This document shows, piece by piece, positions 1 to 10,344 of a DNA stretch of 20,000 nt. The notes under the pieces were generated by a model. It saw nothing but the letters and a program-made list of their open reading frames with translations, made no database searches and was not told the DNA's origin. Position 1 is the first letter of the stretch, and every line of letters starts with the position of its first letter. The stretch comes from Vicugna vicugna (taxonomy: Eukaryota), in NCBI GenBank assembly GCA_013265495.1, contig MU058687.1, positions 5,503,831-5,523,830 of the forward strand, given 5' to 3'. A program made the position numbers and the translations under genes.

Positions 1-588
1 GTGCCCCTTCCTGTGTCTTAATTAAATTCTAGCAATCTTGTTCAGAGTCATGTGTATTTGATTTATCTTAGGATCATCATTAATATATATCAATAATATT
101 GCAGTGACAGAATCTTTTCTTGCCTCTTTTTTAAAAACAAATACAGTCATAAGTGATTTAGTTTCAACAGATAATGTCCAATTCCAAAATCTTAAGATTT
201 CAATTCCCCACTGTCCAAATGTCCATAAACTTCAAATAACATCAACTCACATGCCATAACCCTAGAAGAGAACGAGGTGGCAGATTCTGTAAATGAAGTA
301 AGAAGCACACTGGTTTACATTAAAACAGTTATTTCTCTGTCAAATCCTCATAGCAAGAACAGAATCTCAGTTCAACGTTTTTAGGCCAAATGAAGCACCA
401 TGTTTATAAATAAAGCCTTCAGTCCTTTTCCTCTCTAAGTAGTAAATTTTTGCAACCTCTGGCATTTGCAGTATGAACATTTGTCTGATTTAGTTGCAGG
501 ACAAAGGCACTCTGTTATGGAAAAAGAAGCATTTCTGCACTCACCAATATCCCAAAACATTCTTAAAATGTAGGTGTCCTATGGGGTC

Positions 589-1091
589 TGTGGTCCGTGG
601 AATAATGGCTCCCAACATATGTCTATGTCCTCATCCCTAGAACCTGTGAACATGTTATCTTACATGCAAAAGGGACTTTGCAGATGTGATTAAGGTTAAG
701 GACCTTCAGATGGTGAAATCAAGCTAGATTATTATCCAGGTGGACCCAACCTAATCACATGGGAATTTAAAATGGGAGTAACGTTCTCAACTGGATTTAG
801 AGTCAGAAAGAGATATGTGAGTACAGAAGAATGGCCACAGACATGCAGTCTTGCTGGCTTTGAAGATGGAAGAAGGGGCCATAAGCTAACAAACATGGTT
901 ACCCTCTTCAAGCTGTAAAAGGAAAGAATGTTCTCTAGAGCCTCCAGAAAGGAACGCAGTCAACACCTGGATTTTAGCCCCGAAACACCTGTGTCGCACT
1001 TCCAACCTACAAAACTGTGAGATTCTAAATTTGTGTTTTAAGCCACTAAGTTTTTAGTAATTTGTTACAGCAATAATAGGAAACTAACACA
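589..1091 (+). mobile_element. ERVL-MaLR solo LTR, MLT1D-like, full length
   Basis: Starts TGTGGT..GAATAATGGC and contains AAAGGGACTTTGCAGATGTGATTAAG, GCTGGCTTTGAAGATGGA and CTAGAGCCTCCAGAAAGGAACGCAG. Ends TTTGTTACAGCAATAATAGGAAACTAACACA. About 500 bp and colinear with the recalled MLT1D consensus. Confidence 0.9.
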
Positions 1092-1194
1092 AAAATATTT
1101 TTAAGCTAATAGGCAACTCAATCAATTTCACAAGGAAAATTATTCCACTTTTACAACAGGTATACTTTAGCATTTATTCCTACCAAAGGAAATG

Positions 1195-1699
1195 TGTGAT
1201 GGCTAAGTTTATATGTCAAATTCACTAGCCATGGAGTGCCCAGATTAAACATTTTGTCTGGGTGCACTGTGATGGTGTTTCCAGACAAAATTAGCATTTG
1301 AATAGATAGACTCAGTAAGGTAGACTGTCCTCCGCAATGTGCGTGGGTTATCACCCAACCCACTGAGGACCTGAAGAGAACAAAAGGTGGAGGATGGAGT
1401 AATTTGCTCCTTTTGGTTCCTGCCTGCCTGCTTGAGTTGGGACATCTCATCTCATCTTCTCTGGTCCTCAGACTGGGATTCACATCAATAGCTTCCCCCA
1501 TTCTTTGGTCTTCAGATTTAGAATGAATTATACGGTGGGCTTTCCTGTGTCTCCAGCTTACAGATGATACACTGTGGGACTTCTTAGGCTCCATAACCTT
1601 GTGAGGTAAGACAATTTCTCGTAATAAATACATATGATTTGTATATACATACATATATACATGTAACTTACTTCTGTTTCTCTGGAGAGCCCTAATACA
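1195..1699 (+). mobile_element. ERVL solo LTR, MLT2B-like
   Basis: Starts TGTGATGGCTAAGTTTATATGTCAA and contains ATTAGCATTTGAAT and GAGTTGGGACATC. Has the typical internal TA/CA-rich tract at about 1640-1665 and ends TTCTGTTTCTCTGGAGAGCCCTAATACA. Confidence 0.85.
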
Positions 1700-2039
1700 T
1701 GAACTTTCTTCTCTTTACACAGGATCACATTGCTATTAGGACATAAAGAGTGCATTAATCTTCTATTTTCCAGGAAATAAACTAAAAGAATGTTTTTAGG
1801 TACTGAAACCAAAACCACTGAACTCCAGACCTCAAGCTTCAACAATTTCTCATGTCTCTAAAACACAAGATGCCCAGAATTTCCTAACAGTTAACAACTT
1901 CTAATTTCTCTGAAATCTTGGGTTCACCATCAGGTTATGGGGATAGGAGGTGTGGTCATAGGAGAGAGGTAAATGACCCAAGGCCTGGCTCCCAGGTGAT
2001 TTCCTTAGAGCACTGGTGTTTCGCACACACCTAGCAGAT

Positions 2040-2175
2040 CAATTTATCATTTACTCATTCCTGAAGCAAATATTGACTGTGCATCTATAATGGTCCAGAC
2101 ACTGTGCTAGGTGCTGGGGATACAGTGGAGAACATGACAAGCAACGTTTCGATCCCAGAAGCCAGAATTCACAGA
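2040..2175 (-). mobile_element. L2 LINE 3' end fragment
   Basis: CATTTACTCATTC...CCAGACACTGTGCTAGGTGCTGGGGATACAGTGGAGAACATGACA is the reverse complement of the L2 tail. Confidence 0.75.
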
Positions 2176-2445
2176 GTTTTCACAGAACAACAGGAGCTGA
2201 CAGAACAATGAGAACTCCTCTCCAGATCACGAGCACCTGGTCAAGTCTTTTGCTCTGCAAGTATAAAGAGAAGTGACTTGGCAACTATTGAGACTCACTT
2301 CACCCACCTGGTGACTTTCAGCTTTGCATCTGAACGTATTCCTGACCAGTAAGAGCAGGAACCCAGAGGTCCTACAACTTTATCCTATTTATTCTCCGTT
2401 CTACAGAATGGCTTCCTTGGAAACAAGCTGAGCAAGCCCTTTCCC

Positions 2446-2636
2446 CTGGTGGTTCTCCAATTTTAGTGTGCACAAGAACCACCAGAGTACTTGTTTAAAG
2501 TGCTTGTCCCTAGGCTCTCAGCAAGATAGTCTGACTTAATGGGTATGACATGAGATCCAGCAGTTAGAATTTTTAAACAAATACTCCAGGTGAAGTCTGT
2601 GGAAATGACTGCACACTGCACACTGATGAACACCAA
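2446..2636 (+). mobile_element. hAT-Charlie MITE, MER5A-like
   Basis: GTGGTTCTCCAATTTTAGTGTGCACAAGAACCACCAGAG...TTTTTAAACAAATACTCCAGGTGA...CACACTGATGAACACCA follows the MER5A layout with decayed terminal inverted repeats. Confidence 0.7.
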
Positions 2637-2739
2637 TTTAATTGTTACAATTTTCAGAGACATAGGCTAAGAATGTTACTTTTAAAAAAAATTTTTTTTG
2701 ATTTATTCTGAATTTTTGAAATTTTTATTCATATTGAGG

Positions 2740-3935
2740 AAAAAAATCATACAAATAATAAATCACTTAGAATTCTACTATATAGAGATAATCACTGTTA
2801 ATATTGGGTAAGGTTTTCTCCAACCTTTTCTTAAGTAAATTAACAAATATTTGAAGTCATAGTGTATATAAAACTCTGGAACTTGCCAACTTCAAGCAAA
2901 TAGTATAAACAATTACCCATATAATTAAATTCTTCAGAAATGGAATAGCTTTTCACTAGTCTTCTTTTAGGTTGCTTAGCAAAGTTTATGAATTTTCTTT
3001 ATATATATATATACACTTCATGATAACCTTTTCTGTAGATATTTTCAAATTTTGTAACTATTAAGAAAAAAAGTTTCTATTATGTTTTCACATTTTTAAA
3101 TACAAGCATGTAGGAAATCCACCAATTCTTGTGTATTCAAGTTTTAAATGGTTATCTTATTTCACTCTCTTATAATAGCTTTTAAGTTGATTCTTTTTAG
3201 CATTCTATATTATCTGAAAAGAATGATAACTGTGTCTCCTCCTTTCTAGTATGTTTAACTCATTTATTTTTCATTTCTTATTGCATCTATTACAACTCTC
3301 AAGCCAATAGTAAACAATTAGTAATAACTGATGTAATTAATTTATTCCTAACTTTGAAATTTTTCTAGTCTTTCACTATTAAATATCACATTTTCCATTT
3401 ATTTCAGACTGATAATTTTAGTAAACAATTTTTCCCTATTATAGGTCACTAAGGCTTTTATTTATTGTAAAACAAGTTGAGATGTTACATTTTCCTAAAT
3501 AATTCCTTTTGTTACTATGCATGTGAAAAATAGGCTGACTGAGCATAAAATTCTTAAATCATATTTTTCTTACAAAATCAAAAGACTCTCTCTTATCATT
3601 CAATACTGTGAAAAAGGAGTGATTCATAAATAAAATAAATTATTCCTTCTGCCTAAATGTTTGTGGGAATTTTTTCCAAAATTAAAATATCCTGTAGGTT
3701 AAGTCTAGATGCCATTTTTTTTTCACCTGAATTTGACTTAACAAGTGCTTGCAAGGTGAAGACTCAAGCATTCATCTGAGAAAAATTTTCTCCTCTTTTC
3801 ACTTTATTTATTTTATTATTATTTATCTGACTTTTTTCTTGATATTTATAGGTTGAATAGCCTGGGATTGTTCTTCATATTTCTTATAGTCTCTCTTATA
3901 TTGATTATTTACATTTTCCCATGAGTTTTGTGATC
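2740..3935 (-). mobile_element. Very old L1 (L1ME/L1M5-type) fragments
   Basis: T-rich sequence with L1 antisense signatures, e.g. AGAGATAATCACTGTTAATATT, TATCTGAAAAGAATGATAAC, TTTCTTATTGCAT and TTTCACTATTAAATAT. Heavily decayed, so boundaries are approximate. Confidence 0.55.
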
Positions 3936-3938
3936 ATT

Positions 3939-5349
3939 TCTCAAATATAGCTGAAGATAGTCACTTTTTTCTTTTCATTCTTTTAGTTTTGTCTCATGTA
4001 TTTGGAAGCTTTGCTTTTGGGTGCAATCACATTTACAGTTGTTGTTTCATTGTGAAGTGTTCCTACATATGCCTGGTAATATACTTTGTGCTTAAGTCTT
4101 TCAAATATTGTAGCCACTCTAACTTTCTTTTCATTAGTGTCTTTGTGGTATGTGTTTCCTCAACCTTTTACTATCTTTTACGATTTTTCTGTCTATGAAT
4201 TTATAGGCACAGTGGTTTCTTATAGATAAAATATAGTTGTGTCTTGAGTTAAAAAAAAATCCAATCTAGCAATCTCTGCCTTTTAATTGGGGAGTTTAGA
4301 CCACTTATATTTAATGTAATTACTGATATGCTTGCATCTGAATCTACTCTATTGCTACTTCTTGTCTACTTGCCCCATCTATTTTCAGTTTCTCTTGTCT
4401 TCTTTTTTGCCTTCTTTTGATTCAATTTTATGTTCACTATGGGCTTGTTATACCTCAAATTTATTCAAGATTGCTCTAGGGTTTAATATATATCTTTAAT
4501 AGTCTAAATTGAAATTATCTTACATTATTTCATATATAGTGTAAGATACTTTCAAGAATATATTTTCATTTTTTTCTCCCATAATTGGGATATTGTTTTT
4601 GTACATTTTACTTCTACATTTTATAAATCTCTTAAGACTTTATTTTTACTTTAGATGATGAATTATTGTTAAAGAAATTAAAATAAGAACAATGTATCTT
4701 TTGTATATAGCACCTTTTGAAAAAACAGTTCTGCTACTCTTAATTTTTCTGTGTAAGATCCACATTTCTAACTAGTATACTTCTTTTGATGGAAAAACTT
4801 CATTTAAACTTTTAGAGTGTACATCTGTTAACAATTATTTCAGCTTTGGTTTGTATGATGAAGGCTTCACTGTACCTTCATTATCAAAAGATATTTTTGC
4901 TGAATATAGACTTCTGGGTCAGCAGATTGTTATTTCATTATTGTTTGCGTTCCTTTCATCCTTTAAATATCTAAGTCTAATTATTTGACTGCATCATTTC
5001 TGATAAAATATCTGTTATAATTCTTATTTTTTGTTTCTCTGTATGTATGTTTCTTTTTTCCCTGTCTTCAAGGTTTTTTTCTTTATTTTTGCTTTTAATC
5101 AGTTTGACCATGATGTGTCTAGGTATGTCTTTTCATATCGATCTACTGTGGAATTCTCTGAGCTTCTGTATATTATTATGTTTCATTAATTTTAGAAAAT
5201 TGTTAGCAATCATCTCTAAAGATTTTTAATGTTCTGTTTTCTCTCAGTTATTCTCATTAGATGTCAGTAATGCATATAACAGACCATTTACTATTGTCCA
5301 CCAACTTCTGAATCTTTTATTTTTATCCTCCACTATTTTTTTGTCTTTG
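3939..5349 (-). mobile_element. Old L1M fragment: ORF1 3' part, inter-ORF region and ORF2 endonuclease N-terminal half (decayed)
   Basis: The minus strand from 4329 translates ISVITLNISGLNSPIKRQRLLDWI..QDTTIFYL*ET..VNVIAPKSKASKYMRQ. This matches the L1 ORF2p start (ITILTLNVNGLNSPIKRHRLASWI..QDPSVCCIQET..LNIYAPN). It has stops and frameshifts and ends near the GD of the GDFN motif at about 3939. Confidence 0.85.
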
Positions 5350-5840
5350 TGTTGAGACTGATGGTGCTCTTCTCATATAATGACATGATCTGAGTCTTTA
5401 TTCACTTTATTCCCTGTTACACATTCCAATTTGACAGAGTCCCAATAAGAAGGGAAATCCCTTATTACAACTGAAAATAGGTCTAAGTGCCATAAATCTT
5501 AAAGAGCCTTTATAGGGTATGATAAAGGAAAGACTGAGTTAGCAAGTATTAAAGGGAATTTGCCAAGCAGTCTTTTCTTTGCTTATGGTGACTCACAGGC
5601 CGGTTGGCCCTTCCTTTAGAGTGACATGGGCTTGAAACAACTGGACTAAGTGGTAGTCAGCAGGCACAGGGAGTGGTACACTAATCTTAGTCTCAGTAAA
5701 ATCTCTGAGAAGTATAACTCAAGCTACTGCTATAGTTCTCATAGCCTGTACCTGACTGTAGTAGCCGAATGAATGAAGCAGGGGCCCATCTGAAGCTGGC
5801 GCCTTGTAGGATAAGTCACCTTATTTAAGGAAGTATTACA
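5350..5840 (-). mobile_element. Putative ERV1-like solo LTR, family not recognised, inserted in L1
   Basis: A 491-bp more GC-rich block interrupts the T-rich L1. On the minus strand it starts TGTAATAC and ends GTCTCAACA (TG..CA), with TATAAA at 5514-5509 and AATAAA at 5411-5406 and 5402-5397 in correct LTR order. Flanks TTTG (5346-5349) and TTCG (5841-5844) fit a 4-bp TSD with one CpG transition. Confidence 0.65.
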
Positions 5841-5899
5841 TTCGTAGTTTACTGACAGCTGTCAAAACAAACATAAAAATACCTTGAACACACATGGAT

Positions 5900-6212
5900 G
5901 AAACTCACTTAGTAATTGCTAGAACAAGTAAACAGAAAACCAGTAAGGCTACAGAAGAACTGAGCAACACCATCAGTCAACTTTATCAAACTGATATTTA
6001 CAGGATCCTCCATCCAACAACAGAAGAACATACTTTATTTTCTGGTCAGGGAGCATTCTCTATAATAGGCTCTTCTCTAAAATAAATTTCAACAAATGTA
6101 AAAGAATTTAAATCCTACAGAATGTAGTTTATGACCATAATGAAGTTAAACTGTCCTACTAATAGAAAGATATTTGAGATATACCCAAATATTTAGAAAT
6201 TATACAAAACTG
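5900..6212 (+). mobile_element. Old L1M fragment: ORF2 endonuclease C-terminal half (decayed)
   Basis: ORF 5894-6085 contains VIARTSKQKTSKATEELSNTISQLYQTDIYRILHPTTEEHTLFS, homologous to L1 ORF2p DRSTRQKVNKDTQELNSALHQADLIDIYRTLHPKSTEYTFFS. A downstream GACCATAATGAAGTTAAACT corresponds to the SDH..IKL motif. Confidence 0.88.
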
Positions 6213-6924
6213 ATTTTTTTGGTGAGTCTCTCAAATTTATCCCTTTCCTCCTCAAACCTAAATTTTGGGGGGGGTTATTTCTCAGAGGATATTGCCATCT
6301 TAACATCCTCTCATACATTAAAATCTTCTACTCTTTACTTTTCATAAGACTCCAACTCCCTCTACCAAACACAGCCTAATCCCTTTACAAATCTTGTGAT
6401 CCAACTCCTGAAAAGTCCCCATTTCACAGTCCTGCTATATCCCCAGTTCAGTTCCTTCTTACCTCCCCGTGGCTATCATATCAATTTCCAAACAATCTTC
6501 CTTTTTTCATCCACTCCTTTAATTCAGTCTTACAACAAGTGTTATCTTCCTGAAACAGGGTCTCAAGGGAAATGTGCAATGATCTATTACTCCTTTTAGA
6601 TATCACTATCATAAAAGTATTTCTGTGGCCAGAAATATTAGGGAAACATAGTATATTACATTTATCTCTTTGATTGTTATAATATATATTTGACATGTTG
6701 ATTTATTTGAATTACTGCATAAAACACCTGTTTACTTAACCTAGCATGCACCAAATGTTTGAAAATTTAGTTGTTGTTTTTTTTCATATAATACCTACAA
6801 ATACACTAAGAATAACTGTTTAAAGAATGTCCTTTAGCAAATACTTTCCTAAATCACAACATAGCTTCACTTTCCCCCTCCATTAAAAACTGTGGTATAG
6901 AATTGCTTGTGAAATGATACCCAA

Positions 6925-7290
6925 GCTCTATGGCCTAGATGCAAAGGCCTTTCATGGTCTGGCTTCAAGCTTCCTTTTGAATCTCATTTTCCTTATACTC
7001 CCCATCCCCAGTTTACCAAACTGTTCATGACTCAACCACTCTGGACTAGTGTCCATGAGCCAAACAATACCTTTACTTTCCTTCTCATCTTGCTCTTTCC
7101 CCTGTGTCCACTGTTTAATTTCTGCCCATCTTTCCATATCAAGCTGAAATACAGCTTCATCTGTAATGAGGTATCGTTTGTTTATTCAGAAAATACTTGG
7201 GCCTATTCCAGGAAGGAATAGCTGGACAGACTATTATTAATAGCTTTCTTTTCATAATAATCCAATAGCAAGTTTTGCATATGTTACATT
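6925..7290 (+). mobile_element. L2 fragment (degenerate)
   Basis: AAGGCCTTTCATGGTCTGGC and CTGCCCATCTTTCCATATCAAGCTGAAATACAGCTTC resemble the L2 3' region. Confidence 0.5.
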
Positions 7291-7324
7291 TTTGCTTATA
7301 TTGTATTTTACATATTTTTAAGCG

Positions 7325-8210
7325 CTTATCAAAAGCTGATCCTCAAATACACTAGGCACCCTCATGCCTAAGATTTACATTTGCTGTTTCCTCTCCTAAG
7401 CTACTCTTTTCCCAGATGTCTCTATCATGGCCACTCCCTTATCTCTTTAAGGTCTAGGCTCAAATGACAACTTCTCAAGGAGGTCTTCTCTGACCATACT
7501 TTAGAATTATATCTCCCCTTCTCCCTTTTAAATCTTATTTTTCTCCATAATATTTACCACATATTAAAATGTAAATGTTACATATATGTGTGGTATAAAC
7601 TCCATAGTCACCAGGATTTTCATCTATCTCATTCAGTGATATGTGCACAGTGCTCAGAACATGGCCCACCATGTAGTAGGTATGATGGCTCATTCCAGGT
7701 GCCAACTTTGCTAGGCCACAGTAATCAGATACTTGGTCAAACATGAGTCTAGGTGGCACTATGAAGGTTTTTTTTTTAGATAAGATGAACATTTAATTCA
7801 GTGGACTTTGAGCAAAACCAATGACCCTCCACAATATGAGTGGGCCTCACTCAATCAGTTGAAGGCCTTAAGAGAAAAAAACTGAGATTCCCCCAGGGAA
7901 GAGGGAACTCTGCCTTCAGACTGCATTCAAGCTGCAGCATCAGCTCTTCTGGGGGTTTCCAGGCTGCCGACTTGCCCTGCAAATTTCAGACTTTCCAGGC
8001 CTCACAATCTTGGGAGCCAATTCGTCCCTCTATCTAGATGCTTCTCTGTATATATGGGTATAGACATAGGTATAAGTATCTATGTTTACATCCATATCTA
8101 GCTAGCTATATCTAGAGAGAAAGAGAGACATCCTACTGGTGCTCTTCTTCTGGAGAACCCTGACTAAATACTGTAGGCATTCAGTAGCACTTGCTGAATG
8201 AATAGCTAAA
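7325..8210 (+). mobile_element. L2a 3' end, split by the MLT2 LTR at 7681-8172
   Basis: TTTGCTGTTTCCTCT...AGGTCTAGGCTCAAATGACAACTTCTCAAGGAGGTCTTCTCTGACCA. Removing the LTR rejoins CAGTGCTCAGAACATGGCCCACCATGTA-GTAGG-CATTCAGTAGCACTTGCTGAATGAAT, an L2 tail. Confidence 0.8.
7681..8172 (+). mobile_element. ERVL solo LTR, MLT2D-like, with 5-bp TSD GTAGG
   Basis: Starts TATGATGGCT and contains GTGGGCCTCACTCAATCAGTTGAAGGCCTTAAGAGAAAAAAACTGAG and GCCCTGCAAATTTCAGACTT. Ends CTGGAGAACCCTGACTAAATACT. GTAGG occurs at both 7676-7680 and 8173-8177. Confidence 0.88.
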
Positions 8211-8229
8211 TGATTTATTATTAGTTACG

Positions 8230-8575
8230 TACAGATCCAATCCCCTTACTATACTCTAAGGTCCCTGAAAAGGCTGTAACTTACTTATTTTTCTATTTTT
8301 TCAGTGCCTAACACCATTATTCATTCATTTATTCAACATATATTGGTTGATTCCCTACCTAGTTGGGCCCATACTGCACACACGCCTCGTACTTTCCTAC
8401 CTCTCTGGCTTTACTCTCCCCTCCCCCTGTTCACTTATTTAATTCCACCTATCCTTCAAAATCCAGTTCAAATATAACATCGCCTATGAATAAGAAGCCA
8501 TTCATCTATTCAGCAAACATGAATTAAATGTCTACTATGTACACCAAGTACTGGGTTATGTTTGTTGAATAAACA
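8230..8575. mobile_element. Cluster of short L2 fragments and tails in both orientations
   Basis: CAGTGCCTAACAC (+), ATTCATTCATTTATTCAACATATATT (-), CCTATCCTTCAAAATCCAGTTCAAAT (+), ATTCAGCAAACATGAATTAAATGTCTACTATGT (-) and ATGTTTGTTGAATAAA (+). Confidence 0.6.
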
Positions 8576-9146
8576 TATGAGTTTCTAAAAAGAAAGAGTT
8601 ACATAAAGAGAAAGCTAGCATAATTAAGAGAAACATGCTCATTAAGGTTGGACTTATTAGAGAGTCTATACGTTAATAGCATCCCAAACACCAAAAGTAC
8701 ACAGATTGATTGACTGGAATGGCTTTAGTCATCTCTGAAATGCAGTCACCAATCAGCCGAAGGACCACAGCACTGGAGCTTTCAGTACAGAAAAACAGCA
8801 CATTCATGTGAAATCAAAAGGTCAAGTAAATGCAGGCAGTGAAAAGGGGACAAGTTCAAATGTGAGTGCAGCAGGTTGGGGGTAATGAAGAAGGATTTTC
8901 AAAGGAACATCATTTTTGCACCTCATCCATATTTTCATCATCCATCAAAGGTGATTAGTCCAGAGTAAGTGTCAGCGCTACATGCTAAAGCTTTATGTAT
9001 GAGGTGAAAAGTAGTCTTCTTGGCTCCTGCCTTGCACTGAAATGATTTATGAAGATAACTGAGACTGACAGATTGAAAAGGTCGCTTGTCCAGTCCGCCC
9101 ACCACACCTCATCTTGCTTCCATGTCATAATAAACTTCACTTGCAG

Positions 9147-9287
9147 ACTCTGTCTGAGAGCATGTCCATATGCCTTGGATGCTCCAGAAGCTAAAAGGTC
9201 ATTTTGGATCTGAGTGCCTCTCGGTTATGTGTGGGTGCTCCTGGTCTCCCCTCACCTGCATACTTTTGTACTGAAAGCCTCAAGCAG
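9147..9287 (+). other. Candidate 141-nt non-coding exon
   Basis: Acceptor CTTCACTTGCAG| and perfect donor CAG|GTAAGT in unique sequence, with stops in all three frames. Confidence 0.25.
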
Positions 9288-10182
9288 GTAAGTTTCCATC
9301 TCTTTTTCAGCCTGTAAGCTTGGGTCTGAATCATAAATTATATTTTTCTATTTTACAGTCAGAAAAATCTCCTCTTGAATGATAATAAAATCAGTAGACC
9401 AGACGCTGCCCTTCGTTACTAATGTACAAATCCTGCTAAAGTCAGCAGAACTTAAGGGCATGCAACTTTGGGCAGAATGTATTCCAACTTTTTCTTTCCT
9501 TGCTGGATTTTTATTACCTGACATCTTTCTGATTCCTCTGGATTGCACAATAAGGGAAGGGTGGCCCAGTTTGGGTAAAATAAAAAATGACCCAAACCAC
9601 TGACCTAAATCCTGCCTTTGAAATTTAAAATTACATTTACTAGGAAGGAAAATAGTTTTTTGAGTGTGGGTGGTTTTCTTTTTCAAAACCCATTTTCAAA
9701 TGTTGACCTCCTGAATGTTATCATACCAGTTTGGATTGGAAAACAGAAGGGTAGGTAAACATTTTTTTAAAGCTTGGTTGGGGGAGGTCATCCTTTCTGA
9801 ATTCATTATCTGAAAAGAAGCAAGAAATACCAAGAACTTTCCTTTTTCAAAAGATTTCCTGGTCATATTGCCAGATTTTCCAAAAGTAAATTGTCCAATT
9901 TTTGTGAAATATTGAAACTTTTTTGTTTTCCCTTCTTGCAAAGGTAAACAAATGTGGTGAAGAAGCAAAGGAAGGAAAGCTTTGCTTGGGGCAGGGAATG
10001 GGGGATGGACGTGTGGAAGGCTCATCCTTTGCACAAATAAATGACAACCTACATGGCTTGATGTGATGACTCAAAAACTATCCCACTATAAATCTCACAG
10101 CTCTTCCCTTGCACCTGAGATGCCTACTAAAGTCAGTCTTTTCAGATAAGATGCTACCTCCAGAAGCAGTCTGTAAAATTAC

Positions 10183-10234
10183 CTGGACTCTAACACATTG
10201 TAACCACACATCCAGTTATTTATCAATTCCTTAT
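10183..10234 (-). other. Candidate 52-nt spliced exon of an unknown transcript
   Basis: On the minus strand, an approximately 65-nt AG-free pyrimidine-rich stretch ends CTATCTCAG and the exon ends CAG|GTAATT. Only one frame is open (DKELINNWMCGYNVLES) and I do not recognise it. Confidence 0.3.
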
Positions 10235-10344
10235 CTGAGATAGGAGCCCGGAACAAATGAAACATGAAAGAGGCAAATTTTGATGAGAAAGAGGAAGGAT
10301 AGCTTTGATAAAGGAGGAAGGAAAGATTGGGAGCAAGCTCTCTG

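Noticed and set aside
1151..1654. Longest ORF (167 aa, minus strand)
   Set aside because: It lies almost wholly antisense within the MLT2B LTR and has no recognisable protein similarity, so it is a chance ORF.
5894..6085. 63-aa ORF as a functional gene
   Set aside because: It is a decayed L1 ORF2 endonuclease fragment that drifts out of frame and stops.
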